Positions 18,892-28,116 of a stretch of 48,277 bases of DNA are shown here, piece by piece (position 1 is the first letter of the stretch; each line of letters starts with the position of its first letter). The stretch is from the NCBI GenBank assembly GCA_031412495.1, contig JANODC010000086.1. One strand, written 5' to 3'. Below the pieces are notes generated by a model that was not told the origin of the DNA, searched no databases, and saw only the letters and a list, made by a program, of their open reading frames with translations. The stretch is from Rhizobacter sp. (GTDB lineage Bacteria; Pseudomonadota; Gammaproteobacteria; Burkholderiales; Burkholderiaceae_C). Position numbers and translations under genes: made by a program.

Positions 18892-19332
18892 ATGAACCGG
18901 CTCGATCCCCATCTCGGACTGCTGCTCGAGCGCGCCAGTCGCGTCGTCGGCGAGCGGCTCGATCGCGCCTTCGGACGCGACGGCATCACCTCGGATCATT
19001 GGCGAGTCCTGCGCCTGCTCGCCGACGGCGAAGGCCACACGATGGGCGAGATCGCCGAGCAGCTGCAGATGAATCCGCCGACGCTGACCAAGCTGGTCGA
19101 CCGCATGGTGGGCAGGTCGCTCGTCCAGCGCGCCGCCGACCCGGAGGACAGCCGCCGTGTCCTCGTCTACGCCACCGACGCCGGCCTCGCCCTGCTGCAG
19201 GAGCTGCAAGGCAAGGTCGACCAGCACCACGCTGGCCTGCAGGCGCTCCTCGGCGATCGCAACGCGCGCCAGCTCGAGCGTCTCCTGACGACCCTGATCG
19301 ACGCCGAAGCAGCGGAACGGCCGTCCGCGTGA
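18892..19332 (+). CDS. MarR-family transcriptional regulator
   Basis: WRVLRLL..GHTMGEIAEQLQMNPPTLTKLVDRMVGRSLVQR..DPEDSRRVLVYATDAG winged HTH. Confidence 0.92.
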   Translation: MNRLDPHLGLLLERASRVVGERLDRAFGRDGITSDHWRVLRLLADGEGHTMGEIAEQLQMNPPTLTKLVDRMVGRSLVQRAADPEDSRRVLVYATDAGLALLQELQGKVDQHHAGLQALLGDRNARQLERLLTTLIDAEAAERPSA

Positions 19333-19372
19333 TTTCGCGCGCAGGACGGTGCGAGGCACCCACCGGAGGCCG

Positions 19373-20788
19373 CTAGAGCTTCGGGTGGCGGCGGTGCCAG
19401 TCGGTAACGCGCTGGAAAGCGCGGCCGACGCGCAGGATCGCCGGTTCTCCGAGATGGCGGCCCACGAACTGCGCGCCGATCGGGAGACCGCTTGCCGTGA
19501 ACGCGACCGGCACGGTCAGGGTCGGGTGCCCCGACAGGTCGAACGGCGCGGTGAAGCGTGTCAGCGCCGCAAGTTCGGCGGGAACCCGGCCCAGCATGGC
19601 CATGCGGGCCACCGTGGGGGCGGCGATCGGCTGAGCCGGGAGGAGCATCGCATCGACCCTCTCGAGCGCGGCGACCACGCGGCCGCCGAAATCGCGACGG
19701 CGCAACAGGATGCGCTGGTACGCCATGCCCGACAACGATCGGCCCGCGTCCAGCAGGCCGGCCAGCCCCGGCCCGTAGCGATCGCGCTGCGACGGAAAGG
19801 TCGCATCGTGCGCGACCGCCGTTTCGACGGCGCAGTGCGGTCCCCAGTCGGCGACGGCCGCGCCGACATCGGGAAACCGCATCGGCACGAGGGCCGCGCC
19901 GAGCGAGCGCATCGCCGCCAGCGTCGACTCGACCGCGCCACGCGTATCTGCATCGACTCCCTCTAAGGCGTAGCGCTCGTCGAAGCCGATGCGGACGCCG
20001 CGCAGGCTGCTGTCGTCGGCGGCCAGGTAGTCAGGGACGTCGCTGCGGAGCGCCGTGGGATCGAGAGGGTCGCTGCCGGCAATCGCCCCGAGCACGATCG
20101 CGGCATCGACGGCGCTGCGGCACATCGGGCCGATGTGGTCGAGCGAGGCGGCCAGCTCGTGGCAGCCGAACCGGGAGACCCGGCCCCAGGTCGGCTTCAG
20201 CCCGGTGTTGCCGTTGGCTGCCGAGGGAAAGCGGATCGAGCCTCCGGTGTCGGAGCCGAGCGAGCCGAAGCACAGGCCGGCGGCCGTCGCCACCCCCGAG
20301 CCGCTCGACGACGCGCCGGACCAGTGGTCACGGTGCCAGGGATTGACCGGGGGCGCGATCTCGGGGTGGTGATCGGCGAAGGCGCCTTCGGTGAGCTGGA
20401 GCTTGCCGAGCAGGATTGCACCGGCCTCGCGCAGCCTGCGGACGACGGTGGCGTCGGCAGCGGGCACGAAGTCGCAATGCAGCGGCATGCCCGCCGCGGT
20501 CGCGATGCCCTCGGTCCAGCAGAGATCCTTCACGGCGACGGGCACGCCGTGCAACTGCGAAAGGATCTGACGCCGGCCGATCATCTGCTCCGCGCTCCGA
20601 GCCTGGGCCAGGGCCAGCTCCGGCGTGACCAACGCATAGGACTTCAAGGCCGGGTCGACGCGCTCGATGCGGCGCAGCATCGCCTCGGTGAGCTCGACCG
20701 GCGAGACCCGGCGCGTCGCAAGCCGGCGCGAGAGCTCGCCGATCTCGAGGTAGTGGAGTTCGTCCGCGGGAAGATCGTTCAGGGCCAC
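19373..20788 (-). CDS. Amidase-signature family amidase (second, GatA-like subfamily)
   Basis: GVPVAVKDL, WSGASSSGSG, SLGSDTGGSIRFPS, GLKPTWGRVS, DHIGPM; start GTG 20788 or 20818. Confidence 0.9.
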   Translation of the reverse strand: MALNDLPADELHYLEIGELSRRLATRRVSPVELTEAMLRRIERVDPALKSYALVTPELALAQARSAEQMIGRRQILSQLHGVPVAVKDLCWTEGIATAAGMPLHCDFVPAADATVVRRLREAGAILLGKLQLTEGAFADHHPEIAPPVNPWHRDHWSGASSSGSGVATAAGLCFGSLGSDTGGSIRFPSAANGNTGLKPTWGRVSRFGCHELAASLDHIGPMCRSAVDAAIVLGAIAGSDPLDPTALRSDVPDYLAADDSSLRGVRIGFDERYALEGVDADTRGAVESTLAAMRSLGAALVPMRFPDVGAAVADWGPHCAVETAVAHDATFPSQRDRYGPGLAGLLDAGRSLSGMAYQRILLRRRDFGGRVVAALERVDAMLLPAQPIAAPTVARMAMLGRVPAELAALTRFTAPFDLSGHPTLTVPVAFTASGLPIGAQFVGRHLGEPAILRVGRAFQRVTDWHRRHPKL

Positions 20789-20872
20789 GATCGATTCTTG
20801 CGCAGATCCTCTTCGCAAGGTCGGCCTGCCCCGGGACGCTTGGCATCGCGTCCGAGAACGGACTTGATCACC

Positions 20873-21121
20873 TCACCGACAAGGCCTGGCACCGATGGCA
20901 GCCAGGCGTTCGTCGGCGGCGGATTCGTTGTACGCCTGCCCCCGGGCCGGAATCGCGACCGCCTGCTTCGCTTCACTTCGCGCTGCGCGGACGGCGTCGA
21001 TCACGGAAACGGCGGCCTCCCGGGCCTTCCTGGCCTGCTCCCTGAGCCGCCTGGCGGTCTTCACCGGATCGTGCCGCGGACTCGGCTCGACCCAGGGAGG
21101 AAAGTGCGCCTGCGTATTCAT
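20873..21121 (-). CDS. Small hypothetical protein
   Basis: About 82-aa ORF co-oriented between DUF3606 and the amidase, with a helical RLREQARKAREAA segment; no family recognised. Confidence 0.3.
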   Translation of the reverse strand: MNTQAHFPPWVEPSPRHDPVKTARRLREQARKAREAAVSVIDAVRAARSEAKQAVAIPARGQAYNESAADERLAAIGARPCR

Positions 21122-21166
21122 CGGACAACTGGCTTGCCGCCATGCGGGCAAGCCATGTGCCGATGC

Positions 21167-21367
21167 CTAGGCCGATGCAGGGGGCGACTGACGCAGCAGG
21201 CGGAGGTGCGCCTCGACGGCAGCGGCTGAAAAGCCGACGTCGCCGATGGCGTTGGCCAATTCGGCTGCGGTGCAGCCCAGCTTCTCGCACCAGAAGTCGA
21301 TCTGGGTCGAGTCGGTCAGCACGATCTCGTCGGCTGCCGCCCGCAGCGGCCGGGTCTGCAGGTTCAT
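21167..21367 (-). CDS. DUF3606-family small protein
   Basis: 66 aa; IDFWCEKLGCTAAELANAIGDVG..AVEAHL matches the DUF3606 pattern; GGAGG upstream. Confidence 0.75.
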   Translation of the reverse strand: MNLQTRPLRAAADEIVLTDSTQIDFWCEKLGCTAAELANAIGDVGFSAAAVEAHLRLLRQSPPASA

Positions 21368-21731
21368 GGCGACGGGCCTCCCACCCGTGCATCGCGCGCC
21401 CTCGCGGGGTCTCCGCAGTTTACGGCCCCGGGACGATCCGGCAACCCTCCCCCACCCGGGCTGGGACCGTCGGCCGCCCGGCCGCCTGCCTCTGGCGTTT
21501 ACTTCGGCTGCTGCGTGGCCGCCGCGGGGTGGGCCAGGCGCCACTTCCGGCAGGTGTCGCAGGGGCAAGTCCGCGGAGAGGAAGCGGCAGGGGGAGCAAG
21601 CACTGTGTCCATGGATACCTCGCCCGTGCCCAACGGGCGCCGGCGTTTCCCGGCGGACTGCGCCGCGTGTAAAGACTTGCAGCGCAGCGGCGCGCCGACA
21701 ATCGCGCGTCCACCCACGACCGGAACCTGTC

Positions 21732-23462
21732 ATGACCGAAGGCCTGCGGAAGGGACTCACGTCCTACGGCGACGCCGACTTCTCCCTGTTCCTGCGCAAG
21801 GCCTTCATCAAGGCCATGGGCCTCTCGGACGACGCCCTGGCCCGGCCGGTGGTGGGCATCGCCAACACCTTCAGCGACTACAACGCCTGCCACGGCAACG
21901 TGCCGAAGCTGGTCGACGCCATCAAGCGCGGCGTGATGCTTGCCGGCGCCCTGCCGATGGAGTTCCCGACCATCTCCATCCACGAGTCGTTCGCGCACCC
22001 GACCAGCATGTTCCTGCGCAACCTGATGGCCATGGACACCGAAGAGATGATCCGGGCCCAGCCGATGGACGCGGTGGTGCTGATCGGCGGTTGCGACAAG
22101 ACGATCCCGGCGCAGATGATGGCGGCCGCCTCGGCCGACGTGCCGGCGATCATCGTGCCGGTCGGGCCGATGCTGGTCGGCCATTACCAGGGCGAGCAGC
22201 TCGGCGCCTGCACCGACTGCCGGCGCCTGTGGGGCGAGCACCGCGGCGGGCGGATGGATGCCGAGGCGATCGAGCGCGTCAACGAGCGGCTGGCGCCGAC
22301 GCCCGGCACCTGCAGGGTCATGGGCACGGCGAGCACGATGGCCTGCCTGGTCGAGGCGATGGGCCTGGCCTTGCCGCGCTCGGCATCGATCCCCGCCACG
22401 CATGCCGACCGCCTGCGCTCGGCCGAGGCCAGCGGTCAGTTCGCCGCCGCGATGGCGGTCAAGGGGACCCCGAAGCCGTCGCAGGTGATGACGCCGGCCG
22501 CCTTCCGCAACGCGATGGTCGTGATGCAGGCGATCGGTGCCTCGACCAACGGCCTGGTTCACCTCGTCGCCGCCGCCGGCCGGCTCGGCATCCGCCTCGA
22601 CATGGCCGAGTTCGACCGCCTCGGCCGGGACGTTCCGGTACTGCTGGACCTGAAGCCGTCGGGCCGGCACTACATGGAGCACTTCCACTGGGCCGGCGGC
22701 GTGCCGCGCCTGCTGCGCGAGCTCGAGGGCCTGCTCGATCTCGACGCGCCGACCGTCATCGGCGGCACCCTGCGCGACTACATGGCCTCGGCGGAGGATG
22801 TCGCCGGCCAGGACGTGATCCGCAGCCGCGCCCATCCGGTCAAGGCCTCGGGCAGCATGGCCATCCTCGGCGGCAACCTGGCGCCGCGCGGCGCGGTCAT
22901 CAAGCAGTCGGCGGCGTCACCGGAGCTGATGACGCACACCGGGCGCGCCGTCGTCTTCGATTCGGTGCAGGACCTGACCGAGCGCATCGACGACCCCGCC
23001 CTCGACGTCAAGGCCGACGATGTGCTCGTCCTGCGCAACGCCGGGCCGCGCGGCGCGCCGGGCATGCCCGAGGCCGGCTACCTGCCGATCCCCAGGAAGC
23101 TCGCCCAGCAGGGCGTCAAGGACATGGTCCGCATCTCCGATGCGCGCATGAGCGGCACCGCCTTCGGCACCATCGTCCTGCACATCGCGCCGGAGTCGGC
23201 GGTGGGCGGGCCGCTCGCGCTGGTTCGGGACGGCGACACGATCTCGCTCGACGTGCCGAACCGGCGCATCGACCTGCAGGTCGACGACGCCGAGCTGGCC
23301 CGCCGTCGCGCCGCCCTGGGCAGCGGCCCGGCCCCGGGCGCGGCGGCAGCGCCCGACCGCGGTTACGCCGCCCTGTTCCACCGCAGCGTGCTCCAGGCCG
23401 ACGAAGGCTGCGACTTCGACTTCCTGGTGCCGGGGCGCGGGCCCCGAACCGCAGCGCCGTGA
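21732..23462 (+). CDS. IlvD/Edd-family [Fe-S] dihydroxy-acid/sugar-acid dehydratase
   Basis: YNACHG, GGCDKT, PGTC..MGTASTM, IGASTN, PGMPE, ISDARMSGT, HIAPE..GGPL. Confidence 0.92.
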   Translation: MTEGLRKGLTSYGDADFSLFLRKAFIKAMGLSDDALARPVVGIANTFSDYNACHGNVPKLVDAIKRGVMLAGALPMEFPTISIHESFAHPTSMFLRNLMAMDTEEMIRAQPMDAVVLIGGCDKTIPAQMMAAASADVPAIIVPVGPMLVGHYQGEQLGACTDCRRLWGEHRGGRMDAEAIERVNERLAPTPGTCRVMGTASTMACLVEAMGLALPRSASIPATHADRLRSAEASGQFAAAMAVKGTPKPSQVMTPAAFRNAMVVMQAIGASTNGLVHLVAAAGRLGIRLDMAEFDRLGRDVPVLLDLKPSGRHYMEHFHWAGGVPRLLRELEGLLDLDAPTVIGGTLRDYMASAEDVAGQDVIRSRAHPVKASGSMAILGGNLAPRGAVIKQSAASPELMTHTGRAVVFDSVQDLTERIDDPALDVKADDVLVLRNAGPRGAPGMPEAGYLPIPRKLAQQGVKDMVRISDARMSGTAFGTIVLHIAPESAVGGPLALVRDGDTISLDVPNRRIDLQVDDAELARRRAALGSGPAPGAAAAPDRGYAALFHRSVLQADEGCDFDFLVPGRGPRTAAP

Positions 23463-23607
23463 ACGTCGTTTCGCTCTTGCCATGCGCTTGCGACCGGGCC
23501 ACGCTTCACGGGCGCCGGATCGTGAAGCGGATCAGGCGCCGGCGCAGGGAGTGACGCGCCTGAAGCGAAACACCGGGTGCCGGGACCCCCTCGCCATAGG
23601 ATGCGGC

Positions 23608-23802
23608 GTGCACCCGTCGACGCTTCCCGGACCGCTGCAGCAGACGGCCTCGCCCCCGGCCAAGGCGCAGGACAGGCCATCGAGACCGTCGCTGGCAATC
23701 TGGCTCGCAGGCATGCTGGCCGTATCGGGACTCTGCGCGATGGGCTACGCCCTGTATTGGGAGCTACCCGTCATCCAGGCGCTGGTGCGGACGGGGCGTT
23801 GA
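23608..23802 (+). CDS. Small hypothetical membrane protein (start uncertain)
   Basis: Hydrophobic C-terminus LAIWLAGMLAVSGLCAMGYALYW; its TGA overlaps the ATG of a 33-aa ORF (23802-23903). Confidence 0.35.
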   Translation: MHPSTLPGPLQQTASPPAKAQDRPSRPSLAIWLAGMLAVSGLCAMGYALYWELPVIQALVRTGR

Positions 23803-23907
23803 TGAGTCCCGACAAACTCCTCGCCGGAGGCCGGGCCTTCATCGACCGGCAACGCGCCCGGCTGGTGCGGCTCGACCTCTGGGACCTCCGCGCCCTGCGC
23901 TGATCGG

Positions 23908-25017
23908 TCACGGGCCGGCCGGTGCGGCGCCGCCCCGCACCGGCATGATGTGCACGCCTTCGGCAGCGATTTCCAGGTAGACCATGCTGCCGTCGCGCAG
24001 GCCCGCCCGCCTGACGAACTGGGTCGTCGACTCGAGGTGCAGGCGCGCTGAGGCGACGGCCGCGGGCTCGCACCGCAGCGTCGTGATCTCGCCCAGGACA
24101 CGAATTCCGCGGACGCGGCATGGCACGACGTTGGCGGCTCCGCTCGGCTCTGCATGCACCTGCACATGTTCGCCCGAGACCACCCAGCGAACGTTCGCGC
24201 CGTCGGCGACCCGGCCCTTGTCGACCACGGCCAGCGCCACGCCGCCGTCCACGGCGCCCCAATGCAGACAACCCATGCCGCTGGCGCTGCCGGCGCGCTG
24301 GAAGACGCCTTCCTGGACGTCGCGCAGGCCGACGAGCGCCGCGACGCGGGCATTGCGCGGCCGCGACAGGAGTTGCTCGGGCGGCCCGTCCTGGAGCATG
24401 GTTCCCGCGTCGATGATGCAGATGCGGTCGGCGAGCAGCCGCGCTTCGCGCACGTCGTGCGTGACCATGACGATGGGCAGGCGGAGGCGCTCGCGCAGGG
24501 TGCCGAGCTCGTCGTAGAGCGACTGCCGCGTCGGCTGGTCGACGGCCGAAAACGCCTCGTCGAGCAGCAGCAGCTGCGGCTCGCGCGCCAGCGCCCGCGC
24601 CAGCGCGAGGCGTTGCCGCTGCCCGCCGGACAGCTCGTGCGGCTTGCGGTCTGCGAGGCCGTCGAGACGCATGTCGCACAGCAGCCGGAGTGCGGCGCCG
24701 GCCGGCGCCGACTGCGGGACGGCGAGCTGGACGTTGGCGATCGCGCTCAGGTGCGGAAAGAGCGCGTAGCTCTGGAAGACCATGCCGACCGGGCGCTGCC
24801 TGGCCGGCACCCGGATGCGGCGCTCCGTGTCGAACCAGACGGCGTCGCCGAGCGCGACGCGCCCGCTCCCGATCGGCAGCAGGCCGGCGATGGCGCGCAG
24901 CACCGTCGTCTTGCCGCTGCCGGACGGCCCGACCAGCGCCAGCAGCTCGCCGGGCGCGCAGCGCAGCGCCACGTCGAGCGGGATCGGACCGGGCTGGCGC
25001 AGGACGACGTCGAGCAT
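23908..25017 (-). CDS. modC: Molybdate ABC transporter ATP-binding protein
   Basis: GPSGSGKT, VWFDTERRIRVPARQRPVGMVFQSYALFPHL, LSGGQRQR, LDEAFSAVD; TOBE-like C-terminus; downstream of modB. Confidence 0.9.
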   Translation of the reverse strand: MLDVVLRQPGPIPLDVALRCAPGELLALVGPSGSGKTTVLRAIAGLLPIGSGRVALGDAVWFDTERRIRVPARQRPVGMVFQSYALFPHLSAIANVQLAVPQSAPAGAALRLLCDMRLDGLADRKPHELSGGQRQRLALARALAREPQLLLLDEAFSAVDQPTRQSLYDELGTLRERLRLPIVMVTHDVREARLLADRICIIDAGTMLQDGPPEQLLSRPRNARVAALVGLRDVQEGVFQRAGSASGMGCLHWGAVDGGVALAVVDKGRVADGANVRWVVSGEHVQVHAEPSGAANVVPCRVRGIRVLGEITTLRCEPAAVASARLHLESTTQFVRRAGLRDGSMVYLEIAAEGVHIMPVRGGAAPAGP

Positions 25018-25030
25018 GGGCTGCGGGCCG

Positions 25031-25702
25031 TCAGCGGCGTCGCGGCGTCCAGCGCCGCCGCGTCAGCAGCGTCGACGCGAGCAGGGTCAGCATCGACACC
25101 CCGAGAAGCACCGCCGACATGACGCCGGCTGCCGCCATGTCGAAAGCCTGGACCCGGTCGTAGATGGAGATCGCGATCGTCCGCGTCTCGCCCGGGATGC
25201 TGCCGCCGACCATCAGCACCACGCCGAACTCGCCGAGCGTGTGCGCGGCGGTCATGATCAGGCCGCTGACGATGCCGCCCCAGGCGAGCGGCAGCTCGAC
25301 GTGCCACAGCGCCCGCCACGGCGACAGCCCGCAGGACTGCGCCGCGTCGTGCAGCTCCGCCGGAATGCTCTCGAAGGCACGCTGCATGGGCAACACCGCG
25401 AACGGGATGTTGAAGACGACGCTCGCGAGCAGCAGCCCTTCGAACGAGAACGCCAGCGTCTGGCCGAAGAACCGCTCGTACAGCGTGCCGAGGGGCGACG
25501 CCCCGCCCATGGCGACCAGCAGGTAGAAGCCGAGGACCGTGGGCGGCAAGACGAGCGGCAGGGCCAGCACCGCCTCGGCCACGGGCTTCAGCGGATGGGT
25601 GCTGGCTGCCAGCCAGCGGCCGGCGGCGATGCCGATCGGCAGCAGGATCAGCGCCGTGGCGAGCGCCAGTTCCGCCGAAAGCCGGAGCGCCGCCCAGTCC
25701 AT
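25031..25702 (-). CDS. modB: Molybdate ABC transporter permease
   Basis: LPLVLPPTVLGFYLL, AHTLGEFGVVLMVGGSIPGETRTIAISIYD; ATG overlaps the modA TGA. Confidence 0.95.
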   Translation of the reverse strand: MDWAALRLSAELALATALILLPIGIAAGRWLAASTHPLKPVAEAVLALPLVLPPTVLGFYLLVAMGGASPLGTLYERFFGQTLAFSFEGLLLASVVFNIPFAVLPMQRAFESIPAELHDAAQSCGLSPWRALWHVELPLAWGGIVSGLIMTAAHTLGEFGVVLMVGGSIPGETRTIAISIYDRVQAFDMAAAGVMSAVLLGVSMLTLLASTLLTRRRWTPRRR

Positions 25703-26499
25703 CAGGGCCTCGCCGTGCCGGCAGCGGGCTCGACCGGCAGCGCGAAGCCGTGCCGCTCGAGGACGCCTCGGGCCGCCGCCTGCTGCAGGTAGGCGTGGAA
25801 AGCGCGGGCGGTGTCGCCGGCCTTGCGGGTGAGCACCATGCGCTGGCGCAGGGGGCCGTGCATGCGCTCGGGCAGCAAGGCGAAGCGCCCGGCACGGGCG
25901 AGCGAGGGCGCCAGGGCGAGCGAGTAGGCGAACAGGCCCGCCTGCGCCGATCCCGAGGCCGCGAACTGCGCCGCCTGGGATACGTTCTCGCCGAGCACCA
26001 GCGCCGGCTGGACCGCGTCCCACAGGCCGGCCGAGGCCAGGGCCTCCCGCGCTGCACGGCCGTAGGGCGCGTGCTCGGGGTTGGCGATCGCGAGGCGGCG
26101 GATCCGGCCCTCGGCGAGCGCCTGCCGCAAGCCGGCGAGCTCCGGGTCCGCCTCGACCGGCGATCCATGCGGCGCGAACACGACGATGCGGCCGCGCGCG
26201 TACGGAACGCCGCGGTCCGGTGTCAGGCCGGCGTCGGCGAGCTGGAAGACGAAGCCTTCGTCGGCCGACAGGAACAGCTCGAACGGCGCGCCCTGCGCGA
26301 TCTGCCGGAACAGATTGCCGGAAGAGCCGTAGGTGACGCGGACCGCCTTTCCCGTCTGCTGCCGGAAGGCGACGACGATCTCGTCGAGGGCGAACTGGAG
26401 ATCGGAGGCCGCAGCGACCGTCGGCGCGCCTTGCGCCGTGACCGCACCGACGCACAGCAGCACGGCCCAGCCGATCAGGTACCGACTGAGCGACCGCAA
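25702..26499 (-). CDS. modA: Molybdate ABC transporter substrate-binding protein (start uncertain, 26499-26574)
   Basis: VAAASDL, YGSSGNL..QIAQGAPFELFLSAD, AIANPEHAPYGRAA, GENVSQA. Confidence 0.93.
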   Translation of the reverse strand: MRSLSRYLIGWAVLLCVGAVTAQGAPTVAAASDLQFALDEIVVAFRQQTGKAVRVTYGSSGNLFRQIAQGAPFELFLSADEGFVFQLADAGLTPDRGVPYARGRIVVFAPHGSPVEADPELAGLRQALAEGRIRRLAIANPEHAPYGRAAREALASAGLWDAVQPALVLGENVSQAAQFAASGSAQAGLFAYSLALAPSLARAGRFALLPERMHGPLRQRMVLTRKAGDTARAFHAYLQQAAARGVLERHGFALPVEPAAGTARP

Positions 26500-26615
26500 G
26501 GCGACTGGCAGGCGGCGGGTCGTTGTATTCGTTCGGATACAGCGGACTGTACCGCAGGGCGGCCGCCGCGACACGACGCGGAAGGGTCATCGTTCGTCCG
26601 ATAGCATCCACCGCG

Positions 26616-28112
26616 ATGAGCGGAAACGACCTTCGCGAGACGCGGGCCACGACCGGGGTCGTCGGCCTCGACGACGTCCTCGGCGGCGGCCTGCACCGGC
26701 GTCGCCTCTACCTGCTCGAGGGCAAGCCGGGCAGCGGGAAGACGACGATTGCCCTGCAGTGCCTCATGGCCGCGTCGCTGCGCGGGGAGCGGGTCATCTA
26801 CATCACCCTGTCCGAGACGCGGGAGGAGCTGCTCAGCAGCGCCGCCTCGCACGGCTGGACCCTCCCCGAGACGATGGCCATCTTCGAGCTCCTGCCGCCG
26901 GAGAACGTTCTCGACGAAGGCCAGCAGCAGAGCCTGCTTTACTCGGCCGACCTCGAGCTGGGCGAGTCGACCAAGCGCATCTTCGCCGAGGTCGACCGGA
27001 TCGATCCGTCGCTGGTGGTTCTCGACAGCCTTTCCGAGATCCGCCTGCTCGCGCAGGGCTCGCTTCGCTACCGGCGCCAGGTGCTCGCCATCAAGCACTA
27101 TTTCGCCAGCCGCGGCGTGACGGTCATCCTCCTGGACGACCAGACGGTCGAGGACAACGACAAGACGGTGCACAGCATCGCCCACGGCGTCATCCACCTC
27201 GACGAGATGGCGCCGGAGTACGGTGCCGAGCGGCGGCGCCTGCGCGTCGTCAAGTACCGCGGCACCTCGTACCGCGGCGGCTTCCACGATTTCACGATCG
27301 AGACCGGCGGCGTGGTCGTGTTCCCTCGCCTGCGCTCGGCCGAGCACCGGACGAACTTCGAGCGCACGGTGGCCAGCAGCGGCAACACCGAGCTCGACCT
27401 TCTGTGCGGGGGCGGGCTCGAGGTGGGCTCGAGCGCGCTCATCCTCGGTCCGGCGGGTGCAGGCAAGTCGATGCTCTCGCTCACCTTCGCCGCTGCGGCC
27501 GTGGCCCGCGGCGAGCACGCCACGCTGTTCATCTTCGACGAGGAGCAGGGGCTGCTGCACCACCGGATGCTCGGCCTCGGCATCGACCTCGCGGCGCTCG
27601 CGCGCACCGGCCGCCTGCACATCGAGCAGGTCGACGCCGCCGAGCTGTCCCCGGGCGAGTTCTCGCAGCGCGTGCGCAGCAACGTCGAGCGCCACCGCTC
27701 CAGCGTCGTCGTGATCGACAGCCTGAACGGCTACCAGGCATCGATGCCGGAAGAGCAGTTCCTCATCCTGCACATCCACGAGCTGCTGCAGTACCTGAAT
27801 CGGCAGGGCGTATCGACGATTCTCACGATCGCTCAGCATGGCCTCGTCGGCGAGATGAAGAGCCCCGTCGATGTCACCTACCTGGCCGACACGGTGATCC
27901 TGATGCGCTACTTCGAGGCGGTCGGCCGCGTCCGCCGGGCGATCTCCGTGGTGAAGAAGCGCGGCGGCTTCCACGAGGACTCGATCCGCGAATACCGCTT
28001 CGGCCCCCGGGGCATCACGCTCGGCGAGCCGCTGGCCGGCTTCCAGGGCGTCCTGCGCGGCGTACCGACGTTCGTCGACAAGGGCGAGGGGCTGCTGGAG
28101 GCATCCGACTAG
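26616..28112 (+). CDS. KaiC-like double-domain RecA-fold ATPase
   Basis: Two Walker A motifs (GKPGSGKT, GPAGAGKS), Walker B VVLDSL and VVIDSL, KYRG and KKRGG fingers; DVTYLADTVI at the KaiC phosphosite position. Confidence 0.92.
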   Translation: MSGNDLRETRATTGVVGLDDVLGGGLHRRRLYLLEGKPGSGKTTIALQCLMAASLRGERVIYITLSETREELLSSAASHGWTLPETMAIFELLPPENVLDEGQQQSLLYSADLELGESTKRIFAEVDRIDPSLVVLDSLSEIRLLAQGSLRYRRQVLAIKHYFASRGVTVILLDDQTVEDNDKTVHSIAHGVIHLDEMAPEYGAERRRLRVVKYRGTSYRGGFHDFTIETGGVVVFPRLRSAEHRTNFERTVASSGNTELDLLCGGGLEVGSSALILGPAGAGKSMLSLTFAAAAVARGEHATLFIFDEEQGLLHHRMLGLGIDLAALARTGRLHIEQVDAAELSPGEFSQRVRSNVERHRSSVVVIDSLNGYQASMPEEQFLILHIHELLQYLNRQGVSTILTIAQHGLVGEMKSPVDVTYLADTVILMRYFEAVGRVRRAISVVKKRGGFHEDSIREYRFGPRGITLGEPLAGFQGVLRGVPTFVDKGEGLLEASD

Positions 28113-28116
28113 CGCC

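Noticed and set aside
26616-28112. True circadian clock locus
   Set aside because: No kaiA or kaiB in the window, and the ST phosphosite pair is not conserved.
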